Source: Eubacteriales bacterium
Lineage (GTDB): Bacteria; Bacillota; Clostridia; Oscillospirales; CAG-272
Direction: 5' to 3'
Length of the DNA stretch: 64,000 bases
Assembly (NCBI GenBank): GCA_045650025.1
Contig: JAZRQR010000003.1
Span: forward strand, 1,756-65,755
Shown: in pieces, positions 29,362 to 38,936 of the stretch
Layout of the letters: the number at the start of each line of letters is the position of its first letter
Position numbering within the stretch: position 1 is the stretch's first letter
Program-made: the position numbers and the translations under genes
Notes under the pieces: generated by a model
Seen by the model: the letters and a program-made list of their open reading frames with translations, nothing else
Databases searched by the model: none
Told to the model about the DNA's origin: nothing

Positions 29362-29634
29362 ATGGAATCTGTGCAAGGGAAGCACGCAGTCGTGTTACAC
29401 GACCGCAAAGAAATGCGCATTGACGGTGTGATCGAGGTGCTGAGCTTCGATGAGCATTACGTTATGCTGAAATCACAATGCGGAAATATGGCAATTGAGG
29501 GCAGTGACCTGAAAATTGCAGTTTTAGAGATTGACGCCGGGATCGTAGTGCTATCAGGTACCGTTTCCGGTGTTTACTATTCCGATACCACAAACACGCA
29601 AAAACGCAGCTTTTTCAAAAGGCTGTTTTCCTAA
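29362..29634 (+). CDS. yabP: sporulation protein YabP
   Basis: HAVVLHDRKEMRIDGVIEVLSFDEHYVMLKSQCGNMAIEGSDLKI...GVYYSD follows the YabP pattern. Confidence 0.85.
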   Translation: MESVQGKHAVVLHDRKEMRIDGVIEVLSFDEHYVMLKSQCGNMAIEGSDLKIAVLEIDAGIVVLSGTVSGVYYSDTTNTQKRSFFKRLFS

Positions 29635-29640
29635 AAGCGC

Positions 29641-30075
29641 ATGGAGCTTTCGCAAACTGCGCTTGCAATGCTATTGCTCTGCGGTATTCCTGCAGGCGCT
29701 GTCTTCAGCATTGTATACACGCTGACTGAATTTGACGTAGCAGGAAAGCGTATTCTGACTCATCTTAAGGATTTCTGCTTTATGGTACTGGCAGGAATCG
29801 TTGCGGTATTATTGATTTATTACGTAAACGCAGGTCAAGCCCGTTTTCATGTGCTGTTTGGCATGGTTATGGGTTATGTATTAACGCATCTGGTTCTGTC
29901 AAAGCTCGTGCTGCGCATCAGAAATGCGCTGTGTGCCGTTTTGATGGCACCGCTGAACCTGATATGGTCATTCACACTCGGCCGCCTTTGCACAAAGGCA
30001 AGAATGGCTATGCAAATCAAAAGAACCGAGCAAACAGGACGCACTGTAGAGCAGCTTGCGTCACAAGGATTTTGA
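29641..30075 (+). CDS. yabQ: spore cortex biosynthesis protein YabQ
   Basis: Small multi-TM protein immediately after yabP. The call rests on synteny and topology. Confidence 0.65.
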   Translation: MELSQTALAMLLLCGIPAGAVFSIVYTLTEFDVAGKRILTHLKDFCFMVLAGIVAVLLIYYVNAGQARFHVLFGMVMGYVLTHLVLSKLVLRIRNALCAVLMAPLNLIWSFTLGRLCTKARMAMQIKRTEQTGRTVEQLASQGF

Positions 30076-30095
30076 AAATGAACGGAGGCAAAAGC

Positions 30096-30416
30096 ATGGA
30101 CGAACAAAACCAACAGCAAAATCGTGTGGACGAGAGTTCCAAATCGAGCATGAAAGTGTTGCTGCGATGCGGCCTGATCGCGATCGTGGTCATCTCCTTG
30201 TGCACTTTTGTATCCGGTGTAATGATATATAACGCAAATCAGGAAAAGATCAAGGAGCTCGAGCAGCAGATCGACGACAAACAGGAGCAGGTTGACGAGC
30301 TGAAATTTTTGCTAGATTCTCCTATAGATTTTGACTACATTGTGCGCATTGCGCGTGAAAAGCTGGGATTGCATTTTCCCGATGAGATTATATTTCACAA
30401 GGATACTAACGAATAA
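30096..30416 (+). CDS. divIC: septum formation initiator (DivIC/FtsB family)
   Basis: TM helix, a coiled coil ([20 protein letters not shown]), then [19 protein letters not shown]. The ATG at 30096 is 7 nt after GGAGG. The track ORF start at 29931 lies inside yabQ. Confidence 0.8.
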   Translation: MDEQNQQQNRVDESSKSSMKVLLRCGLIAIVVISLCTFVSGVMIYNANQEKIKELEQQIDDKQEQVDELKFLLDSPIDFDYIVRIAREKLGLHFPDEIIFHKDTNE

Positions 30417-30430
30417 AGCAGGTAGAGAGC

Positions 30431-30907
30431 ATGGCTGAAAAGAAAACCGGTAATAAGATCATCGCCCAGAACAAAAAGGCGTGGCACGAGTATTTCGTGG
30501 ATGAAAAATACGAGGCGGGAATTGCTTTATACGGCACCGAGGTCAAAAGCATTCGAGGCGGCAAGGTCAATCTCAAGGACGCCTACTGCGACATAAAGGA
30601 TGGCGAGCTTTTCGTAAAGGGCATGCACATCAGCCCTTATGAGCAGGGAAATATCTTTAACAAAGATCCTATGCGCGACAAGAAGCTGCTGATGCATAAA
30701 AAGGAGATCATGAAATTGCATGGTCTGGTATCTCAGAAAGGCTTTACCTTAATCCCGCTTTCGCTGTATTTCTGCGGTTCGAACGTAAAGGTAGAGATTG
30801 GACTTTGTCGTGGTAAAAAGCTGTACGACAAACGTGACGATGCCGCTAAGCGCGATGCAGACCGCGTGATCGAGCGCAGTATGCGCGACCGCACAAAAGC
30901 TGAATAA
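30431..30907 (+). CDS. smpB: SsrA-binding protein
   Basis: [32 protein letters not shown]...KLLMHKKEI. Confidence 0.95.
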   Translation: MAEKKTGNKIIAQNKKAWHEYFVDEKYEAGIALYGTEVKSIRGGKVNLKDAYCDIKDGELFVKGMHISPYEQGNIFNKDPMRDKKLLMHKKEIMKLHGLVSQKGFTLIPLSLYFCGSNVKVEIGLCRGKKLYDKRDDAAKRDADRVIERSMRDRTKAE

Positions 30908-30911
30908 TATG

Positions 30912-30948
30912 AAAACTCCCGATGCGTGGCATCGGGAGTTTTTATATT
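30912..30948. terminator. bidirectional rho-independent terminator
   Basis: AAAACTCCCGATG-cgtgg-CATCGGGAGTTTT plus a T-run, between convergent smpB and GH78 genes. Confidence 0.85.
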
Positions 30949-30952
30949 TTTA

Positions 30953-33472
30953 TTACATCTTGAATTCGTACTTGCCGGGTGCCAGATCAATGACGATTCT
31001 GTTGAGTCTGTCATTGTAGGGAGCCTGGTGGAACTCGGAGAACTTGTGGCTGACGCCATCCAGCGTAAAGCTGTCGTTCTTAGTAAGAATGGGCAGGTAG
31101 AGTCTGGTGGGAACAGGAACCTCACAGTAGTAGGTAAATCCGTTCTCGGTCGACCAGTTGGAAACAACCGTGCCGTGATACGAATCGTAGGAGGTGTTGA
31201 GGTAGGTGATGTTTTCCTGACCCTCGGGCAGTTCCTCAGCGGTTCTGGTATCGGGCTTGGGCTGCAGAATCACGCGCTCAAAGCCGGGAGCAGAAGGATC
31301 ATACTCAATACCGGCAGCGTGTCTGTACAGCCATTCCTGAACAGCACCGTATGCGTAGTGGTTGAACGAGTTCATGCCCACATCACCAAAGCCGGTTGCC
31401 AGAGTGTAGGAATTCCATCTTTCCCAAATGGTGGTAGCGCCCTGATCAACAGAATACAGCCAAGAGGGATTGTCGCGCTGAAGCAGCAGGGAATATGCAA
31501 GATCGTTTTCGCCGATCTCAGCCAAGGTCTGTGCCAGAATGCCGGTACCAACAAAGCCCGTGGAAAGCTTATGGCCGTTGTCGATGATCTTCTTACGCAG
31601 AGCAGCGATAGCTGCAGGGCGGTTTTTATCCTGCAGCAGCTGGAACTTCAGACCCATCAAATATGCGGTCTGAGTCTGGTGCTGAGGAAGCAGGTCACCA
31701 TTTTCGTCACAGTAGAACTTATTGTAGTGCGCCTTGTACATCTCGAAGATCTTCTCGTAGTGCTTTGCATCCTTTTCCTTGCCAAGCACTCTTGCGATGG
31801 TGATCATCAAACGTGCATCAAAAGCAGCATAGCAAACCGATACCATCCAGTGATCGGTAGGCTCGTAAGCAAGCCAGTCACCGTAAGCAGCATGCTTATG
31901 GGGCATATTAACGTCACGTGCCTCGAACATATCCATGCATCTCTTCATGGAATCGTAGTGCTCGCGCAGAAGCTCAACATCATTATACATCTTCCACATG
32001 ACATAGGGAACAATAATACCTGCATCGCCCCAAGCTGCGCCACCGCAGCCTACGACACGTGCAGCAGGGATAACATCTGGATAACCGCCCCAGCTTGCCT
32101 GGCTGTCTCTTGCGTCCTGCAGCCACTTGTGGAAGAACATACGAACGTCTGCATTATATGCAGCGGTATTACAGAAGATCTGGGTATCACCCGTCCAGCC
32201 AAGACGCTCATCGCGCTGCGGGCAATCGGTGGGAACGTAGAGGTAGTTGCCGCGCTGACCCCAGATAACGTTAGAGATCAGCTGGTTAACCAGCACGTTG
32301 GAGGATTCCATCTTACCGGTCTCGTGCGTTGCAGAGCCAATAACCTTAGCGGTGAAGTTGATGATCTCAACGTCGTTATCTGCTACGATCTCGATATAGC
32401 GGAAGCCAAAGAACGAGAAGGTCGGCTGATAGTATTCGCCCTCGGGAGTGCCTGCGAGCAGGTAATATGCCTTTGCGCTTGCGCTACGGTAGTTAATGGT
32501 ATATACAGAGCCCTTGGGACCGTCGTTGCCGCGTGCTTCGGAGCCACTGTCATTCAGAAACTCGGATGCACGGATCTGTACAGCAGTTTGTGCAGCACCC
32601 TTAGCGGTGAAGGTGGGCCAACCAACCATGTTCTGACCCAGATCAAAGGTCAGGGTCTGACCCTTCTTGAGCAGAATAGTATCCTGGTTGTTCGCCGTGT
32701 ATACGACGTTGATCTCGCCGTACTCGGTGCCGTTATCAATAGTACCATCGTGCACGGTCAGCGTCAAAGGCTTTCTGGTCAGCTCAGGACGAACCATAAC
32801 GGTGGGACCAATAAAGGGCGTGATTTCAATGTCGTGCTCGGAAGTGAAGGGCGTGCCCCAATCAGAGGTGTCGTAACCCGCACGGCTCATCTCAGCATAG
32901 GAGGGGTACTTTGCATTGTGCAGCTCGCCATCCCAGATATCCGCAGCGCGGACTCTGCCGCCCCAGGTTGCCTGCCAATCGGTGTCGGTGTAGAACGCCT
33001 CACCATTGACGGTAATCTTAGCAATGAACGCCTCACCATCATTAAAAGCACCAAACGCGATTCTGCCGTTTCTCCAACCGGGAGCAACAGCTGCCAAAAT
33101 GACGTTTTCGCCGTCTACCAGGTATCCGGACAGATCATAAGAGAAGTAAAGGGCTCTCTTGTTGAATTCGTTATAACCGGGCTTAAGCTCGTCAAATACC
33201 TCATTGCCGTTCTCATCAATGCGACCTACGCGCTTACCGTTGCAATACAGATCAAAAATACCAAGCGAGGTAGCGTCAATGGTAGCTGTATCGCCAACCT
33301 TTGCAGTAAAGCTCTTGCGGAACAGGGGAAGACCGTGTCTGGTCTGAATAGGCTTTGCCTGTGCACTCAGATCGAGTTTTTCCCAAGGATTCGAGATGGT
33401 TGTCAATTCATTTACGCCGGGATAGCGAAAAGATATCCACTTCGCTGCACCGGAACTCATAATGTCTTTCAT
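30953..33472 (-). CDS. alpha-L-rhamnosidase (GH78)
   Basis: 839 aa. Contains the GH78 signature VPTDCPQRDERLGWTGDTQIF. No signal peptide. Confidence 0.9.
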   Translation of the reverse strand: MKDIMSSGAAKWISFRYPGVNELTTISNPWEKLDLSAQAKPIQTRHGLPLFRKSFTAKVGDTATIDATSLGIFDLYCNGKRVGRIDENGNEVFDELKPGYNEFNKRALYFSYDLSGYLVDGENVILAAVAPGWRNGRIAFGAFNDGEAFIAKITVNGEAFYTDTDWQATWGGRVRAADIWDGELHNAKYPSYAEMSRAGYDTSDWGTPFTSEHDIEITPFIGPTVMVRPELTRKPLTLTVHDGTIDNGTEYGEINVVYTANNQDTILLKKGQTLTFDLGQNMVGWPTFTAKGAAQTAVQIRASEFLNDSGSEARGNDGPKGSVYTINYRSASAKAYYLLAGTPEGEYYQPTFSFFGFRYIEIVADNDVEIINFTAKVIGSATHETGKMESSNVLVNQLISNVIWGQRGNYLYVPTDCPQRDERLGWTGDTQIFCNTAAYNADVRMFFHKWLQDARDSQASWGGYPDVIPAARVVGCGGAAWGDAGIIVPYVMWKMYNDVELLREHYDSMKRCMDMFEARDVNMPHKHAAYGDWLAYEPTDHWMVSVCYAAFDARLMITIARVLGKEKDAKHYEKIFEMYKAHYNKFYCDENGDLLPQHQTQTAYLMGLKFQLLQDKNRPAAIAALRKKIIDNGHKLSTGFVGTGILAQTLAEIGENDLAYSLLLQRDNPSWLYSVDQGATTIWERWNSYTLATGFGDVGMNSFNHYAYGAVQEWLYRHAAGIEYDPSAPGFERVILQPKPDTRTAEELPEGQENITYLNTSYDSYHGTVVSNWSTENGFTYYCEVPVPTRLYLPILTKNDSFTLDGVSHKFSEFHQAPYNDRLNRIVIDLAPGKYEFKM

Positions 33473-33504
33473 ACTAACCTCCGTATGATGTTATTATCAA
33501 ACAA

Positions 33505-33533
33505 AGTATACCATATATGTAGTGTAATTGCAA
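33505..33533 (-). promoter_or_regulatory. sigma-A promoter for the GH78 gene
   Basis: The minus strand reads TTGCAA-17 nt-TATACT with a TGn extended -10. Confidence 0.5.
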
Positions 33534-33552
33534 GCCTTTTGCGAAATTTCTC

Positions 33553-33592
33553 AAATAAAAAAACAGACCGGGAGCTACGTCTCGGTCTGTTT
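33553..33592 (-). terminator. rho-independent terminator of the LRR gene
   Basis: ACAGACCG...CGGTCTGT stem followed by a TTTTTTTATTT run on the minus strand. Confidence 0.7.
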
Positions 33593-33610
33593 GTTATCAC
33601 CGTGTTTTAT

Positions 33611-34273
33611 TTAGTTTGCTAAAGCCTCGCAACCGATAAATGCACAGTCATCTACCCGCGCATTGCCTACGTTGATGTTGCGCAGATTGCGGCAGAAGGA
33701 AAATGCATAATGACCAATCGACTTTGTGAAAGCGGAGAGGGAAATGTCAGTCAGCGAAATGCAAGCGCCAAACATATTGGCAGGCAGAGTGTCCAGAGTT
33801 TCCGGCAAGGAAACGGATACGAGGGATCTGCAGCCTTCAAATGCCGAATTGCCAACGAGCTTAGTTCCGTAAGGCAGAGCAAGTGTCTGAAGCGATGCGC
33901 AGAAAGCAAATGCCTTTTCGCCGATGATGCGGATAGAATCGCCAAGATACAGATGGATCAGGTTATCACAGCCGATAAAAGTGCGCTCGCCAATGGTGTG
34001 AACGCCACCGTTCTGTACGGTAACAGAAGTCAGGGAATGGCACCATGCGAATGCGTAATCACCAATCGACTTAATGGAGTCGGGAATGGTTACCGAAGTA
34101 ATATCGTGATTCTGTGCAAACGCCATATCAGAAATCATAACGACTGTTCTGCCCATGTGTTCGGTGGGGATCGTGATATTATGATCAGTGCAGTTGCCGA
34201 TGCCGGAAAGGGCACATTCATTATCATTGATTGCGGTAAACGCAAGTCCTGCGGATGCTCTGTATTCTTGCAT
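33611..34273 (-). CDS. leucine-rich repeat (BspA-like LRR_5) protein
   Basis: Repeats of the type IPDSIKSIGDYAFAWCHSLTSVTV / IGEKAFAFCASLQTLAL / VGNSAFEGCRSLVSVSL. The ATG at 34273 has an AGAGAGG RBS. No signal peptide. Confidence 0.8.
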   Translation of the reverse strand: MQEYRASAGLAFTAINDNECALSGIGNCTDHNITIPTEHMGRTVVMISDMAFAQNHDITSVTIPDSIKSIGDYAFAWCHSLTSVTVQNGGVHTIGERTFIGCDNLIHLYLGDSIRIIGEKAFAFCASLQTLALPYGTKLVGNSAFEGCRSLVSVSLPETLDTLPANMFGACISLTDISLSAFTKSIGHYAFSFCRNLRNINVGNARVDDCAFIGCEALAN

Positions 34274-34872
34274 GGCGAAACCTCTCTTTCCCAATAATCA
34301 TTACCGATCGGTTTTGAATCGTGCACTTATTTTAACCGAGAAGCATGATTTTGTCAATAGAATTCGCGTAAATTACATGCAGGAATATGCAATTTCATAA
34401 CAAAGTGCCATTTCGTGATATTTTCGCGATATTGCGTATTTCCGCTATTTTTTAAGTTGCTTTTTCTTAATTATCGCAATATTCGGTGCGTATTTATAAA
34501 ATAGCACGTATTCGTTCCAAGGGGGTATGGTGCGACACATTTGTCGTGTTGAAAAGTGATAATGGGCGCTTCGAACTTCACTTCGAACAAGCGAATTTTC
34601 GTCAGTTTAGTTTGCTATACCGGTCGCGGGCGCTCATAATCCTTTATATTATAAGGGGTTTCGCAACCACTCCTCGTTGACAAGCCATTTCAGCAAGCAG
34701 CGCACACGTATGAGTGCTAACACGACAAAGCCTATTTGTCGCCATATGTATGCATCCGGCGATATGGTAATATTGCACAATTCCGATGCGACGCATTGCA
34801 GCATTATGCGAACAGTCAAAAATTGGAGCAGATTTTTGTACACATTTACCCAAACAATTCCACAAGTACAAA

Positions 34873-34901
34873 TTGACTAACGTCACAGAATCTGCTATAA
34901 T
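34873..34901 (+). promoter_or_regulatory. sigma-A promoter for the second GH78 gene
   Basis: TTGACT-17 nt-TATAAT, 32 nt upstream of the ATG at 34934. Confidence 0.55.
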
Positions 34902-34933
34902 AAACGTATGGAAAATATGCTTGGAGGTAGCCT

Positions 34934-37528
34934 ATGCTGCAATTACACGATTTGAGAATCGACCACAATCCCGCTCCCAATCTGGCACTGACACACGGTC
35001 TGCGCTTTTCATGGAAGTTGGATTCAGATCATGAAAACGTTACGCAAAAGACATACCGCGTAACCATTTGCAAGGACGGCGAGATCGTATTTGACTCCGA
35101 TACCGTTGACTCGGAGCAAGCTTGCGATATTTCGTTTGACGAGCTGTTTTTGCAGCCCGCAACCGAATACGTATGGAATCTTTGCGTAAAGGATAACTAC
35201 AACCAAAGCGCGGTTGCGTCTCTTTCATTCGCAACCGAGTTGTATCCTGATATGTGGCAGGCAGAGTGGATCACGCCAGCCGATTACACCGTCAGCTGGG
35301 CACCGTACCTGCGCAAAAAATTCGCTGCAAATACGGGCGTTCGACGTGCCGTACTGTACGCATGCGGTTTGGGTTGCGCGGAATACTATATCAACGGTCA
35401 AAAGATCGCCGACGATTACATCGACCCTCCCATGACCAACTACGAAAAAGAGGTGCTTTACCGCGCGTATGAGGTCACCGAACACATCAAGGAGCAAAAC
35501 GCACTTGTTGCATGGTTGGGCGAGGGCTTTTACTCGCAGAGCCAGGTATGGGATTATAACGGATTTTCTTACGGCAACGTTTGTTTGATTGCGCGCCTTG
35601 AGATCGAATATACCGATGGGACGCGCCAGTCTATCGTGACGGACACAACCTGGAAGAGCAAAAACAGCCCTATCATTCTCAATAATATTTACGGCGGTGA
35701 AACGTATGACGCAAGATTGGAAACACCCGATTTTGCTCTTGCAAACGGTAGCGAAGCCGGCTGGTGCGAATGCATTGTAGACACCGTGCCCAAGGGCGAG
35801 CTTAAGCCCTGCAATATGCCTCCCGTTCGCGTGATCCGTCGCATTCCCGCCGTCAGCGTCAAGCCCTCTTGCGGCCGAGACGACGGTGCATGGATCTTTG
35901 ATATGGGCGAGAACTTTGCAGGTATTGCCGAGTTCCGTATGCCGCGTGCCTCCAGAGGTAAGATCTACGTCTTCCGTTTTGCCGAAACGCTCAATGAAGC
36001 AGGGCAGTTGGACTACCGCTCCACCGGCTCGTTTGCGACTCAATGTATCCAGCAGGAAATCTACATCTCGCGAGGCGGTGACGGAGAGGAGATCTGGCGT
36101 CCCAGATTCACGTATCACAGCTTCCGTTACATCGAAATGACCGGTCTGAATTATTGCCATGAATACGGCAAGATGCCCAACATCGATTTTGCTGTCGGCT
36201 ATGCACTCTCCACGGATCTGGAGCAGAACGGCACGTTCGAATCCTCCTCCAAGGACTTAAATTCGCTGCATGAGATCATCTGCCGCACGTTCCGTTCCAA
36301 CTATCACGGTCTTCCCGAGGATTGTCCTGCACGCGAAAAATGCGGCTGGCTGGGCGATGCGCAGATTGTGTGCAACACCGGCATCATGAATTACAACATG
36401 GCAACCTCCTACGAGCAATACCTCAAAGATATTCGCACGCAAAAGGAAGTGTACGGCACCTGGAATATGATTTCTCCCGGCAAACGAGGCTGTGGCGAAG
36501 CATCGCCCTTGTGGGGCTGTGCGCAGATCATTATCCCGTATTGGCTGTACCATTACTATAATGATACCTCCGCCGTCACGCGCAACTGGGACCTGATGCA
36601 GGCTTGGGTTGAGCACGAGCTGGCAAGATCCGAGGATTACATCATTTCCGAGGGACTTGGTGACTGGTGTCCTCCCGGCGGTGAGGGAAGCAAACGCAGA
36701 ATCCCCGTACCGCATTCCTCCACCTTGATGTTCTATGAAATCTGCGTCAAGATGGCAGAGCTGAGCAATCAGTTCGGCTATACAAATGCAAAGTATTATA
36801 ACGATCTTGCCGATCGCATTGCGGAGTCGTTTATCCGTCATTTCTACGACTTTGACAAGCACTCCTACGGGTACTGGGCATCTGATGCGGTAGCTCTGAC
36901 GCTTGGTGTATATCCCGAATACGACAGAGAAGCGCTTGTGACCGCGCTGAAGGACAGCATTATCGCAGACGATTACGCTATGAGCACCGGCATATACGGC
37001 AACAAATACCTCATCCCGCTTCTGTTTGAAGAGGGAATGGGTGATGCTGCCATGGAGATCCTGTTCAACCGCAGACACACCAGCTTCGGCACCATGATGG
37101 ATGATGGCGCTACCTCGGTTTGGGAAGCTCTGGACATGCACCATGTTGAAACCGACCGCACCAAGGGTGTTGCCTCCTACAACCACCCCATGCATGCAGG
37201 GTTTGCTTATATCTATTATGCATATTTGGGCGGTTTGCAGCCCGCAGAGCCCGGCTTCAAGACCTTTGTCGTAAAGCCTTATCACGTCAGTGGCGTGGAT
37301 CACGTTGCAATCCAGTATGAATGTCAGTACGGCATCATTCGGATCAGCGCAGACAAGACTGATGCAGGTTATGCATACACCGTGCAGGTACCAGCAAACA
37401 CCCATTGCATTCTGGCATTCGAGGAAAGTGTGGAAATCACATCTCAAAACGGCTTTAAGGCAACCTGCGACGCGGACGACACGTGCCTAGTCGGCTCCGG
37501 CTCGTACCGTGCCATCAGCCGCAATTAA
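34934..37528 (+). CDS. alpha-L-rhamnosidase (GH78), second paralog
   Basis: 864 aa. LPEDCPAREKCGWLGDAQIV signature. N-terminal bacterial rhamnosidase domain pattern. Confidence 0.9.
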   Translation: MLQLHDLRIDHNPAPNLALTHGLRFSWKLDSDHENVTQKTYRVTICKDGEIVFDSDTVDSEQACDISFDELFLQPATEYVWNLCVKDNYNQSAVASLSFATELYPDMWQAEWITPADYTVSWAPYLRKKFAANTGVRRAVLYACGLGCAEYYINGQKIADDYIDPPMTNYEKEVLYRAYEVTEHIKEQNALVAWLGEGFYSQSQVWDYNGFSYGNVCLIARLEIEYTDGTRQSIVTDTTWKSKNSPIILNNIYGGETYDARLETPDFALANGSEAGWCECIVDTVPKGELKPCNMPPVRVIRRIPAVSVKPSCGRDDGAWIFDMGENFAGIAEFRMPRASRGKIYVFRFAETLNEAGQLDYRSTGSFATQCIQQEIYISRGGDGEEIWRPRFTYHSFRYIEMTGLNYCHEYGKMPNIDFAVGYALSTDLEQNGTFESSSKDLNSLHEIICRTFRSNYHGLPEDCPAREKCGWLGDAQIVCNTGIMNYNMATSYEQYLKDIRTQKEVYGTWNMISPGKRGCGEASPLWGCAQIIIPYWLYHYYNDTSAVTRNWDLMQAWVEHELARSEDYIISEGLGDWCPPGGEGSKRRIPVPHSSTLMFYEICVKMAELSNQFGYTNAKYYNDLADRIAESFIRHFYDFDKHSYGYWASDAVALTLGVYPEYDREALVTALKDSIIADDYAMSTGIYGNKYLIPLLFEEGMGDAAMEILFNRRHTSFGTMMDDGATSVWEALDMHHVETDRTKGVASYNHPMHAGFAYIYYAYLGGLQPAEPGFKTFVVKPYHVSGVDHVAIQYECQYGIIRISADKTDAGYAYTVQVPANTHCILAFEESVEITSQNGFKATCDADDTCLVGSGSYRAISRN

Positions 37529-37555
37529 CCGCTCCGTTCCAATATATAAAAAAAT

Positions 37556-37593
37556 AAGCACGTATGAAGCGCAAATGCGCTTCATACGTGCTT
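37556..37593. terminator. bidirectional terminator
   Basis: Perfect 17-bp stem AAGCACGTATGAAGCGC-aaat-GCGCTTCATACGTGCTT flanked by A-rich and T-rich runs, between convergent genes. Confidence 0.85.
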
Positions 37594-37605
37594 TTCATAT
37601 GTCGT

Positions 37606-38175
37606 TCAATCCCAAGTTTCTACGATGTCCGCAAACTCTTGCGCTTCTGCAGGGTCATGCGTTACCAGCAACACGGTTTTTCCGCGCAAAAGCTGTTTGG
37701 AAGCGTTCATAACAGATGTCTTGGTATCTTTATCCAATGCTGAGAACGGCTCGTCCAAAAGCAAAATATCCGCATCGTAGGCAATGGCTCTTGCAAGGCT
37801 GATACGCTTTGCCATACCGCCTGAAAGCTCCTCGGGGTATTTATCCGCCGCATCCGCAACACCGAAGGCTTCCAAGAGATCCTCGGCGCGTTGCTTGGCG
37901 TTTGCTTTATCCTTGATGACCAAAGCAACGTTTTGCAACGCGGTCAATTGTCCGAACAAGCGCGGCTCCTGAAACATGATTCCCACACTACGGTTTTGGG
38001 TGTCAATTTTGCCGCGTTGCGGCTTAAGTAACCCAGCAATCAAACGCAGCAGCGTGCTCTTACCACAACCAGAAGGTGCCATAAGGGCCGTAATGCGGCC
38101 GTCGCAGATCTCCAGGGTGAAATCTTCAAAAATACGCTTATCTCCAAACGAGAAGGAAAGATGCTCAATCTTCAT
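37606..38175 (-). CDS. ABC transporter ATP-binding protein (SsuB/TauB-like, short)
   Basis: Walker A APSGCGKST, signature LSGGMAKR, Walker B ILLLDEP. ATG at 38175 with an AGGAGG RBS, overlapping the permease stop by 11 nt. Confidence 0.88.
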   Translation of the reverse strand: MKIEHLSFSFGDKRIFEDFTLEICDGRITALMAPSGCGKSTLLRLIAGLLKPQRGKIDTQNRSVGIMFQEPRLFGQLTALQNVALVIKDKANAKQRAEDLLEAFGVADAADKYPEELSGGMAKRISLARAIAYDADILLLDEPFSALDKDTKTSVMNASKQLLRGKTVLLVTHDPAEAQEFADIVETWD

Positions 38176-38929
38176 AAACCACAGCCTCCTTTCTCGTCTT
38201 ACGTTTGATACGCTTGACGGCAAGCTTGAACACAACGTCAAGCAAATAGCTGAATATAATGATCGCAACCGTCCATGCAAACAACTCCACGTATTCCATA
38301 TTCTGCTTGGCGTTAAAGATATACTTACCAACCGATACCTCAGGGGTAATCAGAACCTCTGCAGCAATGCCTGCCTTGATGGCAAGACCTGCAGAAGCGC
38401 CTGCAGCAGAGATCATGAACGGACGCAGCGTGGGCAGCCAGATGCATCTGACGCGGTCCGCAAACCCAAGACGATACGCGTTTGCTGTCTCGAGCAGTTC
38501 AGGGCGCGCCGCACGCAATCCCTCCAGCGTATTAGAGAATACTACAGGAAACACGATCAGCGCAGCGATCAAACCGGGAATCAGATCACGGTTCATCAAA
38601 ACAAACGCAATAAGAATAAAGGACGTGACCGGAGTTGTCTTAATGACCGAAATTGCAGGCATGAAAAAGTCGTACAGCGCCTTGACCTTATGGCAAAGTA
38701 ATGCAAGCGCAAACGCAGCTGCGTACGACACAATTATGCCAATCGTTACGCGCACAGCCGAGACAAGCATCACTCGCCAGAACAAGGAAGTCCGGCACAT
38801 CTCCCAAAGCTTGGTCAGGACATCCCAGGGAGAAGGGAGGATGAGTGGCAATCCGACAATGGCAGAAGCCCCCCACCAGATCCCGATCCAAAACAGAACG
38901 ATAATCGAATATTTCAGTATACGCTTCAT
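38165..38929 (-). CDS. ABC transporter permease (nitrate/sulfonate/taurine type)
   Basis: Six-TM BPD-transport-like protein. MKRILKYSIIVLFWIGIWW start at 38929. Confidence 0.85.
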   Translation of the reverse strand: MKRILKYSIIVLFWIGIWWGASAIVGLPLILPSPWDVLTKLWEMCRTSLFWRVMLVSAVRVTIGIIVSYAAAFALALLCHKVKALYDFFMPAISVIKTTPVTSFILIAFVLMNRDLIPGLIAALIVFPVVFSNTLEGLRAARPELLETANAYRLGFADRVRCIWLPTLRPFMISAAGASAGLAIKAGIAAEVLITPEVSVGKYIFNAKQNMEYVELFAWTVAIIIFSYLLDVVFKLAVKRIKRKTRKEAVVYED

Positions 38930-38936
38930 CCGCAAG

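Noticed and set aside
29931-30095. A long upstream extension of the divIC ORF overlapping yabQ.
   Set aside because: It lies out of frame inside yabQ. A GGAGG RBS precedes the ATG at 30096, which gives the expected ~106-aa DivIC/FtsB-size protein.
34486-34886. Small ORFs (64-82 aa) in the long GH78 upstream region.
   Set aside because: They use alternative start codons without an RBS, match no motif, and overlap one another on both strands. The region is retained only as a non-coding curiosity in the findings.
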